A stretch of 32,000 nucleotides of DNA from Cylindrospermopsis raciborskii Cr2010 (GTDB lineage: Bacteria; Cyanobacteriota; Cyanobacteriia; Cyanobacteriales; Nostocaceae): contig NZ_CP065936.1 in the NCBI RefSeq assembly GCF_003367075.2, positions 2,430,001 to 2,462,000 on the forward strand. Reading direction: 5' to 3'. The notes below the pieces were generated by a model. That model had not been told where the DNA came from. It did no database searches and saw nothing but the letters and a program-made list of their open reading frames with translations. The position numbers were made by a program, and so were the translations under genes. Within the stretch, counting starts at the first letter, position 1. Every line of letters begins with the position of its first letter. Positions 8,643-19,451 of this stretch are shown one piece after another.

Positions 8643-9506
8643 ATGGGTACTCGTTCCTATCGCCCTTACACCCCTAGCACTCGCCAAGTCACTATTTCAG
8701 ACTTTGCGGAGATCACAAAAACCGAACCTGAAAAATCACTGACTGAATCAGTGCATAGACCCAAAGGTCGGAATAATCAAGGGCGGATAACTAGCCGTCG
8801 TCGGGGGGGCGGACACAAACAACTATACCGGATTATCGACTTTAAAAGAGATAAGCGGGATATAACCGCTACAGTTATAGCAGTTGAATATGATCCTAAC
8901 CGGAATGCGCGGATTGCCTTAGTAGAATACGAAGACGGCGAGAAGCGGTATATATTACATCCCAATGGCTTGAAGGTGGGAGCAAAGATCACTGCTGGGC
9001 CCCAAGCACCTTTTGAAGACGGTAATGCCCTACCCCTAAGTAATATTCCCCTGGGTACTAACGTACACAATGTGGAAATGACACCAGGAAAAGGTGGGCA
9101 AATAGTGCGTGCAGCTGGAGCAACAGCCCAGTTGATGGCAAAAGAAGGTAACTATGTCACCTTAAAGCTGCCATCCGGGGAAGTGAGAATGGTGCGCCGG
9201 GAATGCTACGCCACCATTGGCCAGGTGGGCAATACGGATGCCAGAAACCTGAGCGCAGGAAAAGCTGGTAGAAATCGCTGGAAAGGTCGTCGTCCCAAGG
9301 TCAGAGGTAGTGTGATGAACCCTGTAGATCACCCCCATGGTGGTGGAGAGGGCAGGGCACCTATTGGTAGATCGGGTCCGGTTACCCCTTGGGGTAAACC
9401 AGCTCTGGGTGCTAAAACCAGAAAGCGTAAAAAAGCTAGTAGTAAATTGATTGTACGTCGTCGTCGTAAGTCTTCTAAACGGGGACGTGGCGGTCGTCAG
9501 TCTTAG
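8643..9506 (+). CDS. rplB: 50S ribosomal protein L2
   Basis: [27 protein letters not shown]...[14 protein letters not shown]. Confidence 0.98.
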   Translation: MGTRSYRPYTPSTRQVTISDFAEITKTEPEKSLTESVHRPKGRNNQGRITSRRRGGGHKQLYRIIDFKRDKRDITATVIAVEYDPNRNARIALVEYEDGEKRYILHPNGLKVGAKITAGPQAPFEDGNALPLSNIPLGTNVHNVEMTPGKGGQIVRAAGATAQLMAKEGNYVTLKLPSGEVRMVRRECYATIGQVGNTDARNLSAGKAGRNRWKGRRPKVRGSVMNPVDHPHGGGEGRAPIGRSGPVTPWGKPALGAKTRKRKKASSKLIVRRRRKSSKRGRGGRQS

Positions 9507-9544
9507 GATGTAAATTCAACAAATCCAAAATCTGAGATTGAACT

Positions 9545-9823
9545 ATGGGTCGTTCTTTAAAAAAGGGTCCTTTTGTCGCTGATCACTTACTCAGCAAGAT
9601 TGAAAAGCTCAACGCCAATAATGAAAAGCAAGTTATTAAGACTTGGTCGAGGGCTTCTACAATTCTGCCACTTATGGTAGGTCATACTATTGCAGTTCAC
9701 AACGGTAAACAACATGTTCCAGTGTTTGTGAATGAGCAAATGGTGGGACACAAGTTGGGAGAATTTGCTCCCACTCGTAGCTACAGGGGCCACGGAAAAA
9801 CTGACAAAAAATCGGGGAGATAG
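9545..9823 (+). CDS. rpsS: 30S ribosomal protein S19
   Basis: [23 protein letters not shown]...[16 protein letters not shown]. Confidence 0.97.
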   Translation: MGRSLKKGPFVADHLLSKIEKLNANNEKQVIKTWSRASTILPLMVGHTIAVHNGKQHVPVFVNEQMVGHKLGEFAPTRSYRGHGKTDKKSGR

Positions 9824-9886
9824 TTATGTCATTAGTCATTGGCCCCAAAAATAGCTGGTGACAAGTGGCCCTAAACGGAGTGAATT

Positions 9887-10240
9887 ATGGCAACGTATAC
9901 TACAGAAGTTAAAGCGATCGCTCGATACATCCGCGTTTCTCCCTATAAAGTGCGGCGGGTGTTAGATCAAATTCGGGGGCTATCTTATCGGGAGGCACTA
10001 ATTATCCTGGAATTTATGCCTTATCGTGCTTGTGAACCAGTGTTAAAGGTATTAAGAAGTGCCGCTGCGAATGCTGAACATAACGCTGGATTAGACAGGG
10101 CGAGTCTAGTAATCACCCAAGCCTATGCGGATCAAGGGCCAGTCCTGAAAAGATTCCAGCCTAGAGCCCAGGGGAGAGCTTACCAGATTCGTAAACCGAC
10201 CTGTCATATTACTGTTGCTGTGGGAGAAGCTGCTCAATGA
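9887..10240 (+). CDS. rplV: 50S ribosomal protein L22
   Basis: [22 protein letters not shown]...[19 protein letters not shown]. Confidence 0.96.
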   Translation: MATYTTEVKAIARYIRVSPYKVRRVLDQIRGLSYREALIILEFMPYRACEPVLKVLRSAAANAEHNAGLDRASLVITQAYADQGPVLKRFQPRAQGRAYQIRKPTCHITVAVGEAAQ

Positions 10241-10316
10241 GTCAGATAAGGTTACAACCACAGCTACAAATAATTGGGTTGTGTGAGTACAGTCAGAAAT
10301 TTTAGAGGAAGCATTT

Positions 10317-11072
10317 GTGGGACAGAAAATTCATCCAGTCGGGTTTCGTCTGGGTATAACACAAGAACATCAATCCCTTTGGTTCGCAGTTCCCGGTCGC
10401 TATCCGGAACTGCTGCAGGAAGACCACAAACTCCGTCAGTACATAGAACAAAAGCTGGGTAGAAACGCTCAAAATAATGCTGGTCTCTCGGAGATCCACA
10501 TTGAGCGTAAAGCTGACCAAGTTGATTTAGAGCTGCGGACGGCCAGACCCGGTGTGGTTGTAGGCCGGGGTGGACAGGGTATAGAAGCCCTGCGTACTGG
10601 ACTCCAGCAATTGTTGGGCAGTCACCGACAAGTGCGCATCAACGTTGTAGAAGTGCAAAAAGTAGATGCGGATGCCTATTTAATTGCTGAATATATTGCT
10701 CAACAGCTGGAAAGACGCGTTTCTTTTCGTCGCGTAGTTCGCCAGGCGATTCAAAGGGCCCAAAGAGCAGGAGTACAGGGAATCAAAGTGCAGGTGAGTG
10801 GTCGTCTCAACGGTGCGGAAATTGCTCGGACTGAATGGACTCGTGAAGGCAGAGTACCGTTACATACCCTACGGGCTGATATCGACTATTCCTATTGTAC
10901 AGCTCAAACGGTTTACGGGATTTTGGGTATTAAGGTTTGGGTGTTCAAGGGAGAGATTATTCCCGGACAAGAAGACATTGTCTCCCAACCAGTGACCAGA
11001 GAGCGTGAACCCCGTCGTCGTCAACAACAACGCCGTCGCCAGCAATTTGAAGACCGGTCAAATGAAGCGTAA
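10317..11072 (+). CDS. rpsC: 30S ribosomal protein S3
   Basis: [24 protein letters not shown]...[16 protein letters not shown] start. Arg/Gln-rich C-terminal tail. Confidence 0.97.
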   Translation: MGQKIHPVGFRLGITQEHQSLWFAVPGRYPELLQEDHKLRQYIEQKLGRNAQNNAGLSEIHIERKADQVDLELRTARPGVVVGRGGQGIEALRTGLQQLLGSHRQVRINVVEVQKVDADAYLIAEYIAQQLERRVSFRRVVRQAIQRAQRAGVQGIKVQVSGRLNGAEIARTEWTREGRVPLHTLRADIDYSYCTAQTVYGILGIKVWVFKGEIIPGQEDIVSQPVTREREPRRRQQQRRRQQFEDRSNEA

Positions 11073-11129
11073 TTAGGTGACTAGAACAAAACCAGTCGCA
11101 ACCAATTACCAACTACCAATCGACAAACC

Positions 11130-11555
11130 ATGTTAAGTCCTAGAAGAACGAAATTCCGCAAACAACAACGCGGACGCATGGAGGGTCTAGCACACCGTGG
11201 TAGCACCCTGAATTTTGGGGATTTTGCCCTGCAAGCCCAAGAACCATGTTGGATCACCTCTCGCCAAATAGAAGCCTCCCGTCGGGCAATGACTCGTTAT
11301 ATTCGCCGGGGTGGTAAAATCTGGATTCGCATCTTCCCAGATAAACCTGTTACCATGCGTCCCGCAGAAACCCGGATGGGTTCTGGTAAGGGTAATCCGG
11401 AATTTTGGGTGGCGGTGGTCAAACCAGGTCGGATTCTGTTTGAAATCGCTGGTGTGTCTGAAGAAATAGCTCGTGAAGCTATGCGCTTGGCCGCTTATAA
11501 GTTGCCAATTAAAACCAAGTTTATTGTTCGCTCTCAACCACAGGAGCAGGAGTAG
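11130..11555 (+). CDS. rplP: 50S ribosomal protein L16
   Basis: [17 protein letters not shown]...[24 protein letters not shown]. Confidence 0.97.
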   Translation: MLSPRRTKFRKQQRGRMEGLAHRGSTLNFGDFALQAQEPCWITSRQIEASRRAMTRYIRRGGKIWIRIFPDKPVTMRPAETRMGSGKGNPEFWVAVVKPGRILFEIAGVSEEIAREAMRLAAYKLPIKTKFIVRSQPQEQE

Positions 11556-11558
11556 GTT

Positions 11559-11786
11559 ATGCCTCTTCCCAAGATTTCAGAAGCTCGAGAATTAAGTGAT
11601 GAAAAACTAGCTGAGGAAATAGTGAGTTTGAAAAAACGACTATTTCAACTGCGATTACAAAAGGCTACTAGACAGTTGGAAAAACCCCACCAGTTTAAAC
11701 ATGCCCGCCAGCGTTTAGCTCAATTACTAACAGTAGAGACAGAGCGTAAACAGGCAAGTAGTCAACCGACCCAAGAAAGCAACTAG
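11559..11786 (+). CDS. rpmC: 50S ribosomal protein L29
   Basis: ELSDEKLAEEIVSLKKRLFQLRLQKATRQLEKPHQFKHARQRLAQLLT. Position between rplP and rpsQ. Confidence 0.93.
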   Translation: MPLPKISEARELSDEKLAEEIVSLKKRLFQLRLQKATRQLEKPHQFKHARQRLAQLLTVETERKQASSQPTQESN

Positions 11787-11792
11787 AAGATT

Positions 11793-12038
11793 ATGGCAAT
11801 CAAAGAACGAGTTGGCTTGGTAGTCAGCGATAAAATGCAAAAAACTGTGGTGGTCGCCGTGGAAAACCGGTCTTCTCACCCTAAGTATGGTAAAACCGTG
11901 GTTAAAACCCGGCGCTATAAGGTTCATGATGCGGAAAACAGCTGCAAAGTGGGCGATCGCGTTCGTATTCAGGAAACTAGACCCCTGAGCAAAACCAAGC
12001 GTTGGCAAGTGACGGAAATCCTCAATGTCAAGGCTTGA
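11793..12038 (+). CDS. rpsQ: 30S ribosomal protein S17
   Basis: [39 protein letters not shown]...RPLSKTKRW. Confidence 0.96.
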   Translation: MAIKERVGLVVSDKMQKTVVVAVENRSSHPKYGKTVVKTRRYKVHDAENSCKVGDRVRIQETRPLSKTKRWQVTEILNVKA

Positions 12039-12095
12039 TGAATGGTTGTTGTTTAGGTTGTTATTTGATTAACAACTTTTATCGGGAGATTAATT

Positions 12096-12464
12096 GTGAT
12101 TCAACCCCAAACCTACCTCAATGTTGCCGATAACAGCGGTGCCCGCAAACTAATGTGCATAAGGGTACTGGGTGCTGGCAATCGCCGTTATGGTGGCGTG
12201 GGCGATAGAATTATCGCCGTTGTTAAGGATGCCCAACCCAATATGGCTGTGAAAAAGTCTGATGTGGTGGAAGCGGTAATAGTTCGTACTAAAAAGAGCA
12301 TTAACCGTGACAGTGGCATGAGTATTCGCTTTGATGATAATGCAGCAGTAATTATCAACAAAGAAGGTAATCCCAAAGGTACACGGGTATTTGGACCGGT
12401 AGCTCGGGAATTACGGGATAAAAACTTTACAAAAATAGTTTCTCTTGCTCCGGAGGTGCTGTAA
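12096..12464 (+). CDS. rplN: 50S ribosomal protein L14
   Basis: [26 protein letters not shown].... GTG start. Confidence 0.98.
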   Translation: MIQPQTYLNVADNSGARKLMCIRVLGAGNRRYGGVGDRIIAVVKDAQPNMAVKKSDVVEAVIVRTKKSINRDSGMSIRFDDNAAVIINKEGNPKGTRVFGPVARELRDKNFTKIVSLAPEVL

Positions 12465-12811
12465 TGGCCAAGGTAAAACCCAAGGTATTCCATAAAATGC
12501 ACGTCAAAACCGGTGATACTGTGCAAGTGATTGCTGGCAAGGATAAGGGTAAAGTAGGCGAGGTGATTAAAGCATTACCTCAAGACAGCAGGGTGATTGT
12601 TAAGGGTGTTAACATCAAGACCAAGCACGTTAAACCTCAACAGGAAGGCGAATCTGGTCGGATTGTAAGCCAAGAGTATCCCATTCACAGCTCTAATGTG
12701 ATGCTCTATTCTACTAAGCAAAACATTGCTAGTCGTGTCTGTTACACTTTTACCGAAGACGGCAAAAAAGTGCGCATGCTGAAGAAAACAGGTGAGATTT
12801 TGGATAAGTAG
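12464..12811 (+). CDS. rplX: 50S ribosomal protein L24
   Basis: [21 protein letters not shown] (KOW motif). The ATG overlaps the rplN stop (TAATG). Confidence 0.96.
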   Translation: MAKVKPKVFHKMHVKTGDTVQVIAGKDKGKVGEVIKALPQDSRVIVKGVNIKTKHVKPQQEGESGRIVSQEYPIHSSNVMLYSTKQNIASRVCYTFTEDGKKVRMLKKTGEILDK

Positions 12812-12815
12812 GTGA

Positions 12816-13364
12816 ATGGCAACAACTAGACTCAAAACTTTATATGGCCAAACAATTGTCCCCAAACTAACCCAACAGTTTCAGTATACTAATGTGCATC
12901 AAGTACCTAAAGTGCTGAAAGTTACTGTTAACCGAGGTTTGGGGGAGGCGGCTCAAAATGCTAAGGCCTTAGAAGCGTCTTTAAGTGAAATTGCTCTAAT
13001 TACTGGTCAAAAGCCAGTGGTGACCAGAGCAAAAAAGGCGATCGCTGGCTTTAAAATTCGTCAAGGCATGCCCGTGGGCATTATGGTGACTCTCCGAGGC
13101 GAGCGGATGTATGCTTTCTTAGATCGGTTGATTAGTTTGGCCCTACCCAGAATCCGGGATTTTCGCGGGGTTAGTGCCAAGAGCTTCGACGGTCGAGGTA
13201 ACTACACCCTAGGGGTGAGAGAACAACTAATCTTTCCAGAAATCGAGTACGACAGGATCGATCAAATCCGTGGTTTAGATATTTCAATTATCACCACAGC
13301 CAAAACCGACGAAGAAGGTCGTGCTTTGCTTAAAGAAATGGGAATGCCCTTTCGGGATCAATAA
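12816..13364 (+). CDS. rplE: 50S ribosomal protein L5
   Basis: [16 protein letters not shown]...[27 protein letters not shown]...[16 protein letters not shown]. Confidence 0.97.
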   Translation: MATTRLKTLYGQTIVPKLTQQFQYTNVHQVPKVLKVTVNRGLGEAAQNAKALEASLSEIALITGQKPVVTRAKKAIAGFKIRQGMPVGIMVTLRGERMYAFLDRLISLALPRIRDFRGVSAKSFDGRGNYTLGVREQLIFPEIEYDRIDQIRGLDISIITTAKTDEEGRALLKEMGMPFRDQ

Positions 13365-13384
13365 GTTCATCTAAAGAGGGAACG

Positions 13385-13786
13385 ATGGCCGCTAACGACA
13401 CAATTGCAGATATGCTGACGCGCATCCGCAATGCTAACCTGGCAAGGCATCAAACAACGGAAGTGCCAGCAACAAAAATGACTCGTAGTATTGCTAAGGT
13501 TCTACAGCAAGAAGGGTTTATTTCCGAGTACACTGAAGCGGGAGAAGGGGTAAAACGTAACCTAGTTATTTCCCTGAAATACAAAGGTAAAAGTCGTCAA
13601 CCTCTAATCACGACTCTAAAACGTGTAAGTAAACCTGGGTTGCGAGTTTATTCCAACAAAAAGGAACTGCCAAGAGTCCTAGGTGGTATTGGGATCGCGA
13701 TTATTTCCACCTCTAGTGGAATTATGACTGACCGGGAAGCGCGTCGCCAGAACCTGGGTGGTGAAGTGCTTTGCTACGTTTGGTAA
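13385..13786 (+). CDS. rpsH: 30S ribosomal protein S8
   Basis: [18 protein letters not shown]...[31 protein letters not shown]. Confidence 0.97.
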   Translation: MAANDTIADMLTRIRNANLARHQTTEVPATKMTRSIAKVLQQEGFISEYTEAGEGVKRNLVISLKYKGKSRQPLITTLKRVSKPGLRVYSNKKELPRVLGGIGIAIISTSSGIMTDREARRQNLGGEVLCYVW

Positions 13787-13876
13787 AAATAAGCTCAGGA
13801 GTTCGGGAGTAGGGCAACCCAGGCTAATTCCAGATGACTCATACTCACAACTCATAACTGACAAAGGACAAAATTC

Positions 13877-14425
13877 ATGTCTCGTATTGGTAAACGTCCA
13901 ATTACTATTCCCGCCAAAGTACAGGTGGCAATAGATGGTACAAAGGTGGTGGTTAAGGGTCCCAAGGGGGAGCTTTCCCGTGATCTACCCGCCCACGTCA
14001 CAGTTTCTCAATCTGGAGAAACATTGTTAGTCACCAGACGTGATGATACACGCACTTCCCGACAAATGCACGGTTTAAGCCGGACTTTGGTAGCCAATAT
14101 GGTGGAGGGAGTTTCCCAAGGTTTTCAACGCCGGTTGGAAATTCAAGGGGTAGGCTATCGGGCTCAGGTGCAGGGTGCCAATCTGGTATTGAATATTGGT
14201 TATAGCCACCAGGTGCAAATCGAACCACCAGCGGGAGTTCAATTTGTTGTTGAAAATAACACTAATGTCATTGTTAGTGGTTATGACAAAGAGGTGGTGG
14301 GTAACACGGCAGCTAAAATTCGTGCTGTTCGTCCCCCGGAACCATATAAAGGTAAAGGTATTCGTTATGCCGGTGAAGTGGTAAGACGTAAAGCCGGTAA
14401 GACTGGTGGTAAAGGTAAGAAGTAA
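13877..14425 (+). CDS. rplF: 50S ribosomal protein L6
   Basis: [17 protein letters not shown]...GVGYRAQ...[21 protein letters not shown]. Confidence 0.97.
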   Translation: MSRIGKRPITIPAKVQVAIDGTKVVVKGPKGELSRDLPAHVTVSQSGETLLVTRRDDTRTSRQMHGLSRTLVANMVEGVSQGFQRRLEIQGVGYRAQVQGANLVLNIGYSHQVQIEPPAGVQFVVENNTNVIVSGYDKEVVGNTAAKIRAVRPPEPYKGKGIRYAGEVVRRKAGKTGGKGKK

Positions 14426-14427
14426 AC

Positions 14428-14790
14428 ATGAAACTTACTCGTAGAGAATCAAAACAACGTCGCCATAGGCGGGTACGTGGTAAAGTTAACGGTTCCCCAG
14501 AACGTCCACGTCTATCAGTGTTTCGCTCTAATGAGCACATTTATGCTCAAATTATTGACGATACACAACATTGCACACTAGTAGCAGCATCAACAGTAGA
14601 CCCTCAATTGAGGTCTGATTTGGCCTCTGGTGCTAACTGTGATGCTTCAGCCCAAGTTGGTAAGTTAATAGCAGCGCGCTCCTTAGAAAAGGGTATTACT
14701 AAGGTCGTATTTGATCGAGGTGGTAATCTTTATCATGGTCGTATTCAGGCTTTAGCTGAGGCAGCACGGGAAGCAGGTTTGGATTTCTAA
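14428..14790 (+). CDS. rplR: 50S ribosomal protein L18
   Basis: [34 protein letters not shown]...[27 protein letters not shown]. Confidence 0.97.
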   Translation: MKLTRRESKQRRHRRVRGKVNGSPERPRLSVFRSNEHIYAQIIDDTQHCTLVAASTVDPQLRSDLASGANCDASAQVGKLIAARSLEKGITKVVFDRGGNLYHGRIQALAEAAREAGLDF

Positions 14791-14813
14791 AGTTTTCTGT
14801 GGGGAAAAAGTCC

Positions 14814-14834
14814 CAACTGACAACTGACAACTGA
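14814..14834. repeat. Perfect heptamer tandem repeat (CAACTGA x3), STRR-like
   Basis: CAACTGA CAACTGA CAACTGA read directly in the rplR-rpsE spacer. The related AACTGACAA occurs at 7521-7529 upstream of rplD and at 13856-13864 upstream of rplF. Confidence 0.75.
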
Positions 14835-14853
14835 CGTTGAGAGAAAAGTGATT

Positions 14854-15378
14854 ATGGCAACGGGTCGTCGTAAGGCAAGTAAAGCGAAAAAAGAAGAAAC
14901 CAACTGGCAAGAACGGGTGATTCAAATCCGTCGTGTCAGTAAGGTGGTCAAAGGTGGTAAAAAACTCAGCTTCCGGGCAATTGTCATCGTTGGCAACGAA
15001 CGTGGTCAGGTGGGTGTGGGAGTTGGTAAGGCTTCCGATGTGATCGGAGCGGTGAAAAAGGGTGTCGCAGATGGCAAAAAGCATCTGATTGAAATTCCCA
15101 TCACTAAGTCTAACTCTATTCCCCATCCCATTGATGGTGTTGGTGGTGGAGCTAAGGTGATTATGCGCCCAGCTGCACCAGGTACTGGTGTAATCGCCGG
15201 TGGTGCAGTTAGAACTGTATTGGAATTAGCTGGAGTACGTAATGTTCTGGCTAAACAACTAGGTTCTAATAATCCTTTAAATAACGCTAGAGCTGCTGTT
15301 AATGCTTTATCTACACTGCGAACATTTGCTGAAGTCGCTGAAGATCGGGGCATTGCAGTAGAGAATCTCTATATTTAA
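14854..15378 (+). CDS. rpsE: 30S ribosomal protein S5
   Basis: [44 protein letters not shown] at 14854 preferred over the track's GTG at 14848. Confidence 0.96.
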   Translation: MATGRRKASKAKKEETNWQERVIQIRRVSKVVKGGKKLSFRAIVIVGNERGQVGVGVGKASDVIGAVKKGVADGKKHLIEIPITKSNSIPHPIDGVGGGAKVIMRPAAPGTGVIAGGAVRTVLELAGVRNVLAKQLGSNNPLNNARAAVNALSTLRTFAEVAEDRGIAVENLYI

Positions 15379-15459
15379 TCATGCTTTATGCGGGATTTTC
15401 TAAAGAAAATCCATAGCAAAACCAGAGGATCAATACTAAATCTAAACACCCAAATCAAC

Positions 15460-15906
15460 ATGAGACTGAACGATGTTAAGCCTCAAAAGGGCTCTAAAAA
15501 ACGCCGTAAGCGTGTAGGTAGAGGTATTTCTGCCGGTCAAGGCGCTAGTGCGGGTCTGGGGATGCGGGGTCAAAAGTCCCGCTCTGGTAGCAGCACTAGA
15601 CCAGGTTTTGAAGGGGGTCAACAACCTCTTTACCGTCGAATACCCAAGCTCAAAGGTTTTCCTGTAGTCAATCGTCGGGTTTACACTACGATAAATGTAG
15701 AGAAGTTGGCTTCCCTACCTTCTAACTCGGAAGTAAATCTGGCCTCTTTAAAAGAGGCAGGTATTCTTACCTCCGTTAAAGGACCTTTAAAAGTATTGGG
15801 TAATGGGGAATTGGGTGTTCCACTCAAGGTGCAAGCTGCTGCTTTCACCGGTCAAGCTCGGAGCAAAATTGAGGCTGCTGGTGGTAGTTGTGAGGTTTTA
15901 AGCTGA
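15460..15906 (+). CDS. rplO: 50S ribosomal protein L15
   Basis: [43 protein letters not shown]. The start is moved to the ATG at 15460; the track's 24-codon N-terminal extension is not L15-like. Confidence 0.95.
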   Translation: MRLNDVKPQKGSKKRRKRVGRGISAGQGASAGLGMRGQKSRSGSSTRPGFEGGQQPLYRRIPKLKGFPVVNRRVYTTINVEKLASLPSNSEVNLASLKEAGILTSVKGPLKVLGNGELGVPLKVQAAAFTGQARSKIEAAGGSCEVLS

Positions 15907-15956
15907 AGACATGCTAGTCAACTAGCTGCCCCGGTTCACTATCAAGGTAAGACTTT

Positions 15957-17270
15957 ATGATCAGTCGAGACAAAGCCCCAACGGCTCAAGAAACTTTTAT
16001 GCAAATGGCGCAAGCAGCTGGACTGAGAGGAAGGCTGCTTGTCACGGTCGGGATTCTAATTTTGGTGCGATTGGGCATCTTTTTGCCAGTTCCCGGAATT
16101 AACCGCGAAAGATTTGCAGAGGCCATATCTGGAAATAATGCCATTTTCGGTTTGTTGGATATATTTTCGGGAAGGGGACTATCCACCTTGGGTGTTTTTG
16201 CCTTGGGTATTCTTCCCTTCATCAATGCGTCTATTATTATCCAATTGTTGACTGCTGCTATTCCTTCTTTAGAAAATTTACAGAAAAATGAAGGAGAAGC
16301 AGGAAGGCGGAAAATATCTCAGATTACCCGATACGTGTCTTTGGGTTGGGGAATTCTTCAGAGTACGGCTTTTTCAGCTTTATTCCTACAGCAGTTTGCC
16401 CTCAATCCAGGCCCCATTTTTGTGGCGGAAACCGCAATAGCCTTGACTGCTGGTTCCATGTTTGTTATGTGGGCATCCGAGTTGATTACGGAGCGGGGGA
16501 TTGGTAATGGTGCATCTTTGTTGATTTTTGTCAATATTGTGGCTTCCTTACCTAAGTCCCTGGGTGACACTATTGACTTGGTGCAGGTCGGTGGTAGGGA
16601 AATTGTGGGACGGGTGATTGTTTTGGTGTTGGTGTTTGTAGCCACCATTATTGGTATTGTGTTCGTCCAGGAAGGTATACGCCGAATTCCAATTATTTCT
16701 GCACGTCGTCAAGTAGGTCGGCGAGTTCTGGCAGAACAAAGAAGTTTTCTGCCCTTACGTTTGAATCAGGGCGGTGTCATGCCGATTATTTTTGCCGCTG
16801 CCATTCTCAGTTTGCCTTTACTAATTGCTAACTTCACTAAGAATGTTGAATTGGCAAATATAGTTAACACCTATTTGAGTCCTAGCGGATCTAGTTCTTG
16901 GGTGTATGCTTTGGTGTACATGGTTTCTATTATCTTCTTTAGCTATTTCTACTCTTCCTTGATTCTCAACCCGGTAGATGTAGCTCAAAACTTGAAGAAA
17001 ATGGGTTCTAGTATTCCTGGAATTAGACCTGGCAAAGCTACTAGTGAGTATATTGAGCGGGTCAGCAACCGCTTAACTTTTTTAGGAGCTATGTTTTTAG
17101 GACTGGTGGCCATTATTCCTACCGCTGTGGAAAGCACTTTAAATGTACCAACTTTTAGAGGTTTGGGAGCCACTTCCTTGTTGATTTTAGTGGGTGTGGC
17201 CATTGATACGGCAAGGCAAATCCAGACTTACGTTATCTCTCAACGCTATGAAGGAATGGTGAAACAATAG
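15957..17270 (+). CDS. secY: Preprotein translocase subunit SecY
   Basis: 437 aa, roughly 10 TM segments. LGILPFINASIIIQLL...ITERGIGNGASLLIF...QGGVMPIIFA. Confidence 0.97.
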   Translation: MISRDKAPTAQETFMQMAQAAGLRGRLLVTVGILILVRLGIFLPVPGINRERFAEAISGNNAIFGLLDIFSGRGLSTLGVFALGILPFINASIIIQLLTAAIPSLENLQKNEGEAGRRKISQITRYVSLGWGILQSTAFSALFLQQFALNPGPIFVAETAIALTAGSMFVMWASELITERGIGNGASLLIFVNIVASLPKSLGDTIDLVQVGGREIVGRVIVLVLVFVATIIGIVFVQEGIRRIPIISARRQVGRRVLAEQRSFLPLRLNQGGVMPIIFAAAILSLPLLIANFTKNVELANIVNTYLSPSGSSSWVYALVYMVSIIFFSYFYSSLILNPVDVAQNLKKMGSSIPGIRPGKATSEYIERVSNRLTFLGAMFLGLVAIIPTAVESTLNVPTFRGLGATSLLILVGVAIDTARQIQTYVISQRYEGMVKQ

Positions 17271-17833
17271 TGACGCGATTAATCTTCTTGGGACCACCAG
17301 GTGCAGGTAAGGGAACTCAAGCCAAGGTTTTGGCTGATTTTTTGCAGGTTCCTCACATTTCCACTGGGGACATCTTACGTCAAGCTATTACTGACCAAAC
17401 AGCTCTAGGTGTGAAAGCTCAGGAGTATATGGATAAGGGTGATTTAGTCCCTGACCAGCTGGTGCAAGATATGGTGGAAGAAAGACTGCAAAAATCGGAT
17501 GCCCAAAAAGGCTGGATTCTTGATGGTTTCCCCCGCACAGTATCTCAGGCAGTTTTCTTGGGCAATCTTTTAGACCAGATCCAGGGTGATTCAGAAAGGG
17601 TGGTTAATCTCGATGCACCCGATGAGATTGTCGTCTCTCGCTTGTTAGGAAGGGGTAGAAAAGATGACTCGGAGGATGTTATTCGCCATAGACTAAATGT
17701 TTACAGGCGAGACACTGCTCCCCTAATTCAGTATTATGGCGATCGCCAGAAGCTCTTGACTGTTAATGGTAACCAATCCCAAGAAGAAGTCACCAGCGCC
17801 TTAAAAATGGCTATCACTGTTTTAAGGAAATGA
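17270..17833 (+). CDS. adk: Adenylate kinase (short-lid type)
   Basis: P-loop GPPGAGKGTQ, then HISTGDILR and ILDGFPRT. The GTG start overlaps the secY stop by 1 nt. Confidence 0.96.
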   Translation: MTRLIFLGPPGAGKGTQAKVLADFLQVPHISTGDILRQAITDQTALGVKAQEYMDKGDLVPDQLVQDMVEERLQKSDAQKGWILDGFPRTVSQAVFLGNLLDQIQGDSERVVNLDAPDEIVVSRLLGRGRKDDSEDVIRHRLNVYRRDTAPLIQYYGDRQKLLTVNGNQSQEEVTSALKMAITVLRK

Positions 17834-17968
17834 CCCCAGTTTCTAATCTATTTTCCTTCTTCCCTTTTAGCTAAGATATATTAATAAGCTGTTGATATAT
17901 TCCACATTGGTTCCTTGTCAAGATTGCATTTGTCCTGGAACGAATAATTACCGAGTTGAGGAAAAACC

Positions 17969-18193
17969 TTGTCTAAACAAGACTTGATTGAAATGGAAGG
18001 GACTGTAACCGAATCATTGCCCAACGCTATGTTTCGAGTTGACCTAGATAACGGGTTTAATGTCCTGGCACACATTTCTGGGAAAATCCGCCGTAATTAT
18101 ATCAAAATTTTGCCGGGGGACCGGGTCAAGGTGGAGCTGACCCCCTATGACTTAACTAAGGGTCGTATTACCTACCGACTACGGAAGAAGTAA
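17969..18193 (+). CDS. infA: Translation initiation factor IF-1
   Basis: [70 protein letters not shown]. The full-length N-terminus requires the TTG at 17969. Confidence 0.95.
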
Positions 18194-18262
18194 GACCAGC
18201 AATCTTAATCATAAAATCTGCGGATTTTCCCTTCGTAGTGACTGAAATAATTTTTCGGGAAA

Positions 18263-18271
18263 TGTTATAAT
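18263..18271 (+). promoter_or_regulatory. Candidate extended -10 promoter element (TGTTATAAT) upstream of rpmJ
   Basis: TGnTATAAT consensus match, ending 29 nt upstream of the rpmJ ATG in the 106-nt infA-rpmJ spacer. No good -35 element. Confidence 0.35.
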
Positions 18272-18299
18272 TTACCATTTGGAGTTCAACAAAAAGGGC

Positions 18300-18413
18300 A
18301 TGAAAGTTAGAGCCTCAGTCAAGAAAATCTGTGATAAGTGTAACGTGATTAAACGTCGTGGTCGCGTTATGGTTATTTGTGAAAACCCTAAACACAAGCA
18401 ACGGCAAGGCTAA
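18300..18413 (+). CDS. rpmJ: 50S ribosomal protein L36
   Basis: Not in the ORF track because it is under 60 aa. My translation is [37 protein letters not shown], the canonical zinc-ribbon L36. Confidence 0.95.
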   Translation: MKVRASVKKICDKCNVIKRRGRVMVICENPKHKQRQG

Positions 18414-18485
18414 AACTGTCAATGAAATTTGCAGTTTCAGTACGCTGACAAAGAAAATGACCAAAAAAAGAGGGAGAGATTAATT

Positions 18486-18866
18486 GTGGCACGGATTGCA
18501 GGAGTAGACCTACCGCGTGACAAACGCGTAGAGATCGGTCTAACTTACATATATGGGATTGGACTGAGAAGGTCGCAGGATATTTTAGCGGCCACAGATG
18601 TAAACCCAGATACCCGGGTTAAGGACTTGACTGATGCTGATTTAGCGGCTTTAAGAGCTGAGATAGAAAGCAACTATCAAGTGGAAGGGGATCTGAGACG
18701 TTTAGAGGCCATGAATATCAAGCGTCTAGTTGATATAGGCTGTTATCGTGGTCGTCGTCATCGTATGGGTCTACCTGTGAGGGGTCAAAGAACCCGTACC
18801 AATGCCAGAACCAGACGCGGTAGAAGACAAACAGTGGCTGGTAAGAAAAAGGCCCCTGGTAAATAA
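18486..18866 (+). CDS. rpsM: 30S ribosomal protein S13
   Basis: (V->M)[25 protein letters not shown].... The GTG at 18486 is preceded by GGGAGAG. The track's 19-codon upstream extension is not S13-like. Confidence 0.95.
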   Translation: MARIAGVDLPRDKRVEIGLTYIYGIGLRRSQDILAATDVNPDTRVKDLTDADLAALRAEIESNYQVEGDLRRLEAMNIKRLVDIGCYRGRRHRMGLPVRGQRTRTNARTRRGRRQTVAGKKKAPGK

Positions 18867-18911
18867 GTGAACAAGTTTTAGTCTAAATTCAGCTAAATTC
18901 AGCAAACAAAC

Positions 18912-19307
18912 ATGGCAAGACAACCAACCAAAAAAACCGGGAGTAAAAAGCAGAAGAAGAATGTACCTAATGGCGTTGCCTACATTCAATCTACTTTCAA
19001 CAATAGCATTGTCACCATTACGGACCAAAATGGAGATGTAATCTCCTGGGCCAGTGCTGGTTCCAGTGGATTTAAGGGGGCAAAAAAAGGTACTCCCTTT
19101 GCCGCCCAAACCGCAGCTGAAAGCGCCGGTCGTCGCGCTATTGACCAGGGAATGCGTCAAATTCAGGTGATGGTTAGTGGACCAGGAGCAGGAAGGGAAA
19201 CGGCAATTCGCGCTTTACAAGGGGCAGGATTAGAAATTACCCTGATTCGCGATGTTACTCCTATTCCTCATAATGGCTGTCGTCCACCTAAACGCCGTCG
19301 GGTGTAA
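18912..19307 (+). CDS. rpsK: 30S ribosomal protein S11
   Basis: [46 protein letters not shown]...[16 protein letters not shown]. Confidence 0.97.
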   Translation: MARQPTKKTGSKKQKKNVPNGVAYIQSTFNNSIVTITDQNGDVISWASAGSSGFKGAKKGTPFAAQTAAESAGRRAIDQGMRQIQVMVSGPGAGRETAIRALQGAGLEITLIRDVTPIPHNGCRPPKRRRV

Positions 19308-19322
19308 ATATGGTGTAAATAT
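19301..19322. repeat. Perfect 11-bp tandem duplication (GGTGTAAATAT x2) spanning the rpsK stop codon
   Basis: Copies at 19301-19311 and 19312-19322 are identical. The rpsK TAA is at 19305-19307 inside copy 1. Confidence 0.85.
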
Positions 19323-19429
19323 CTAGCTTTGGTATTAATGGTCAACAGGATTCCCCCTTGATGGGCTTTCCTCAAGGGGAGCGGAAAACTCTAGATAACC
19401 AATTGGGAAGGTTAAACTTTTATCACTGG

Positions 19430-19451
19430 AAAGATTGGTTAAAGATTGGTT
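19430..19451. repeat. Perfect 11-bp tandem duplication (AAAGATTGGTT x2) in the rpsK-rpoA spacer
   Basis: Copies at 19430-19440 and 19441-19451 are identical. Confidence 0.85.

Noticed and set aside
8617-14834. Short tandem repeats considered as a possible CRISPR array or mobile-element ends.
   Set aside because: The units are only 7 nt with no spacers, present in 2-3 copies, and there are no cas or transposase genes. They fit STRR-type simple repeats, not CRISPR arrays or inverted repeats.
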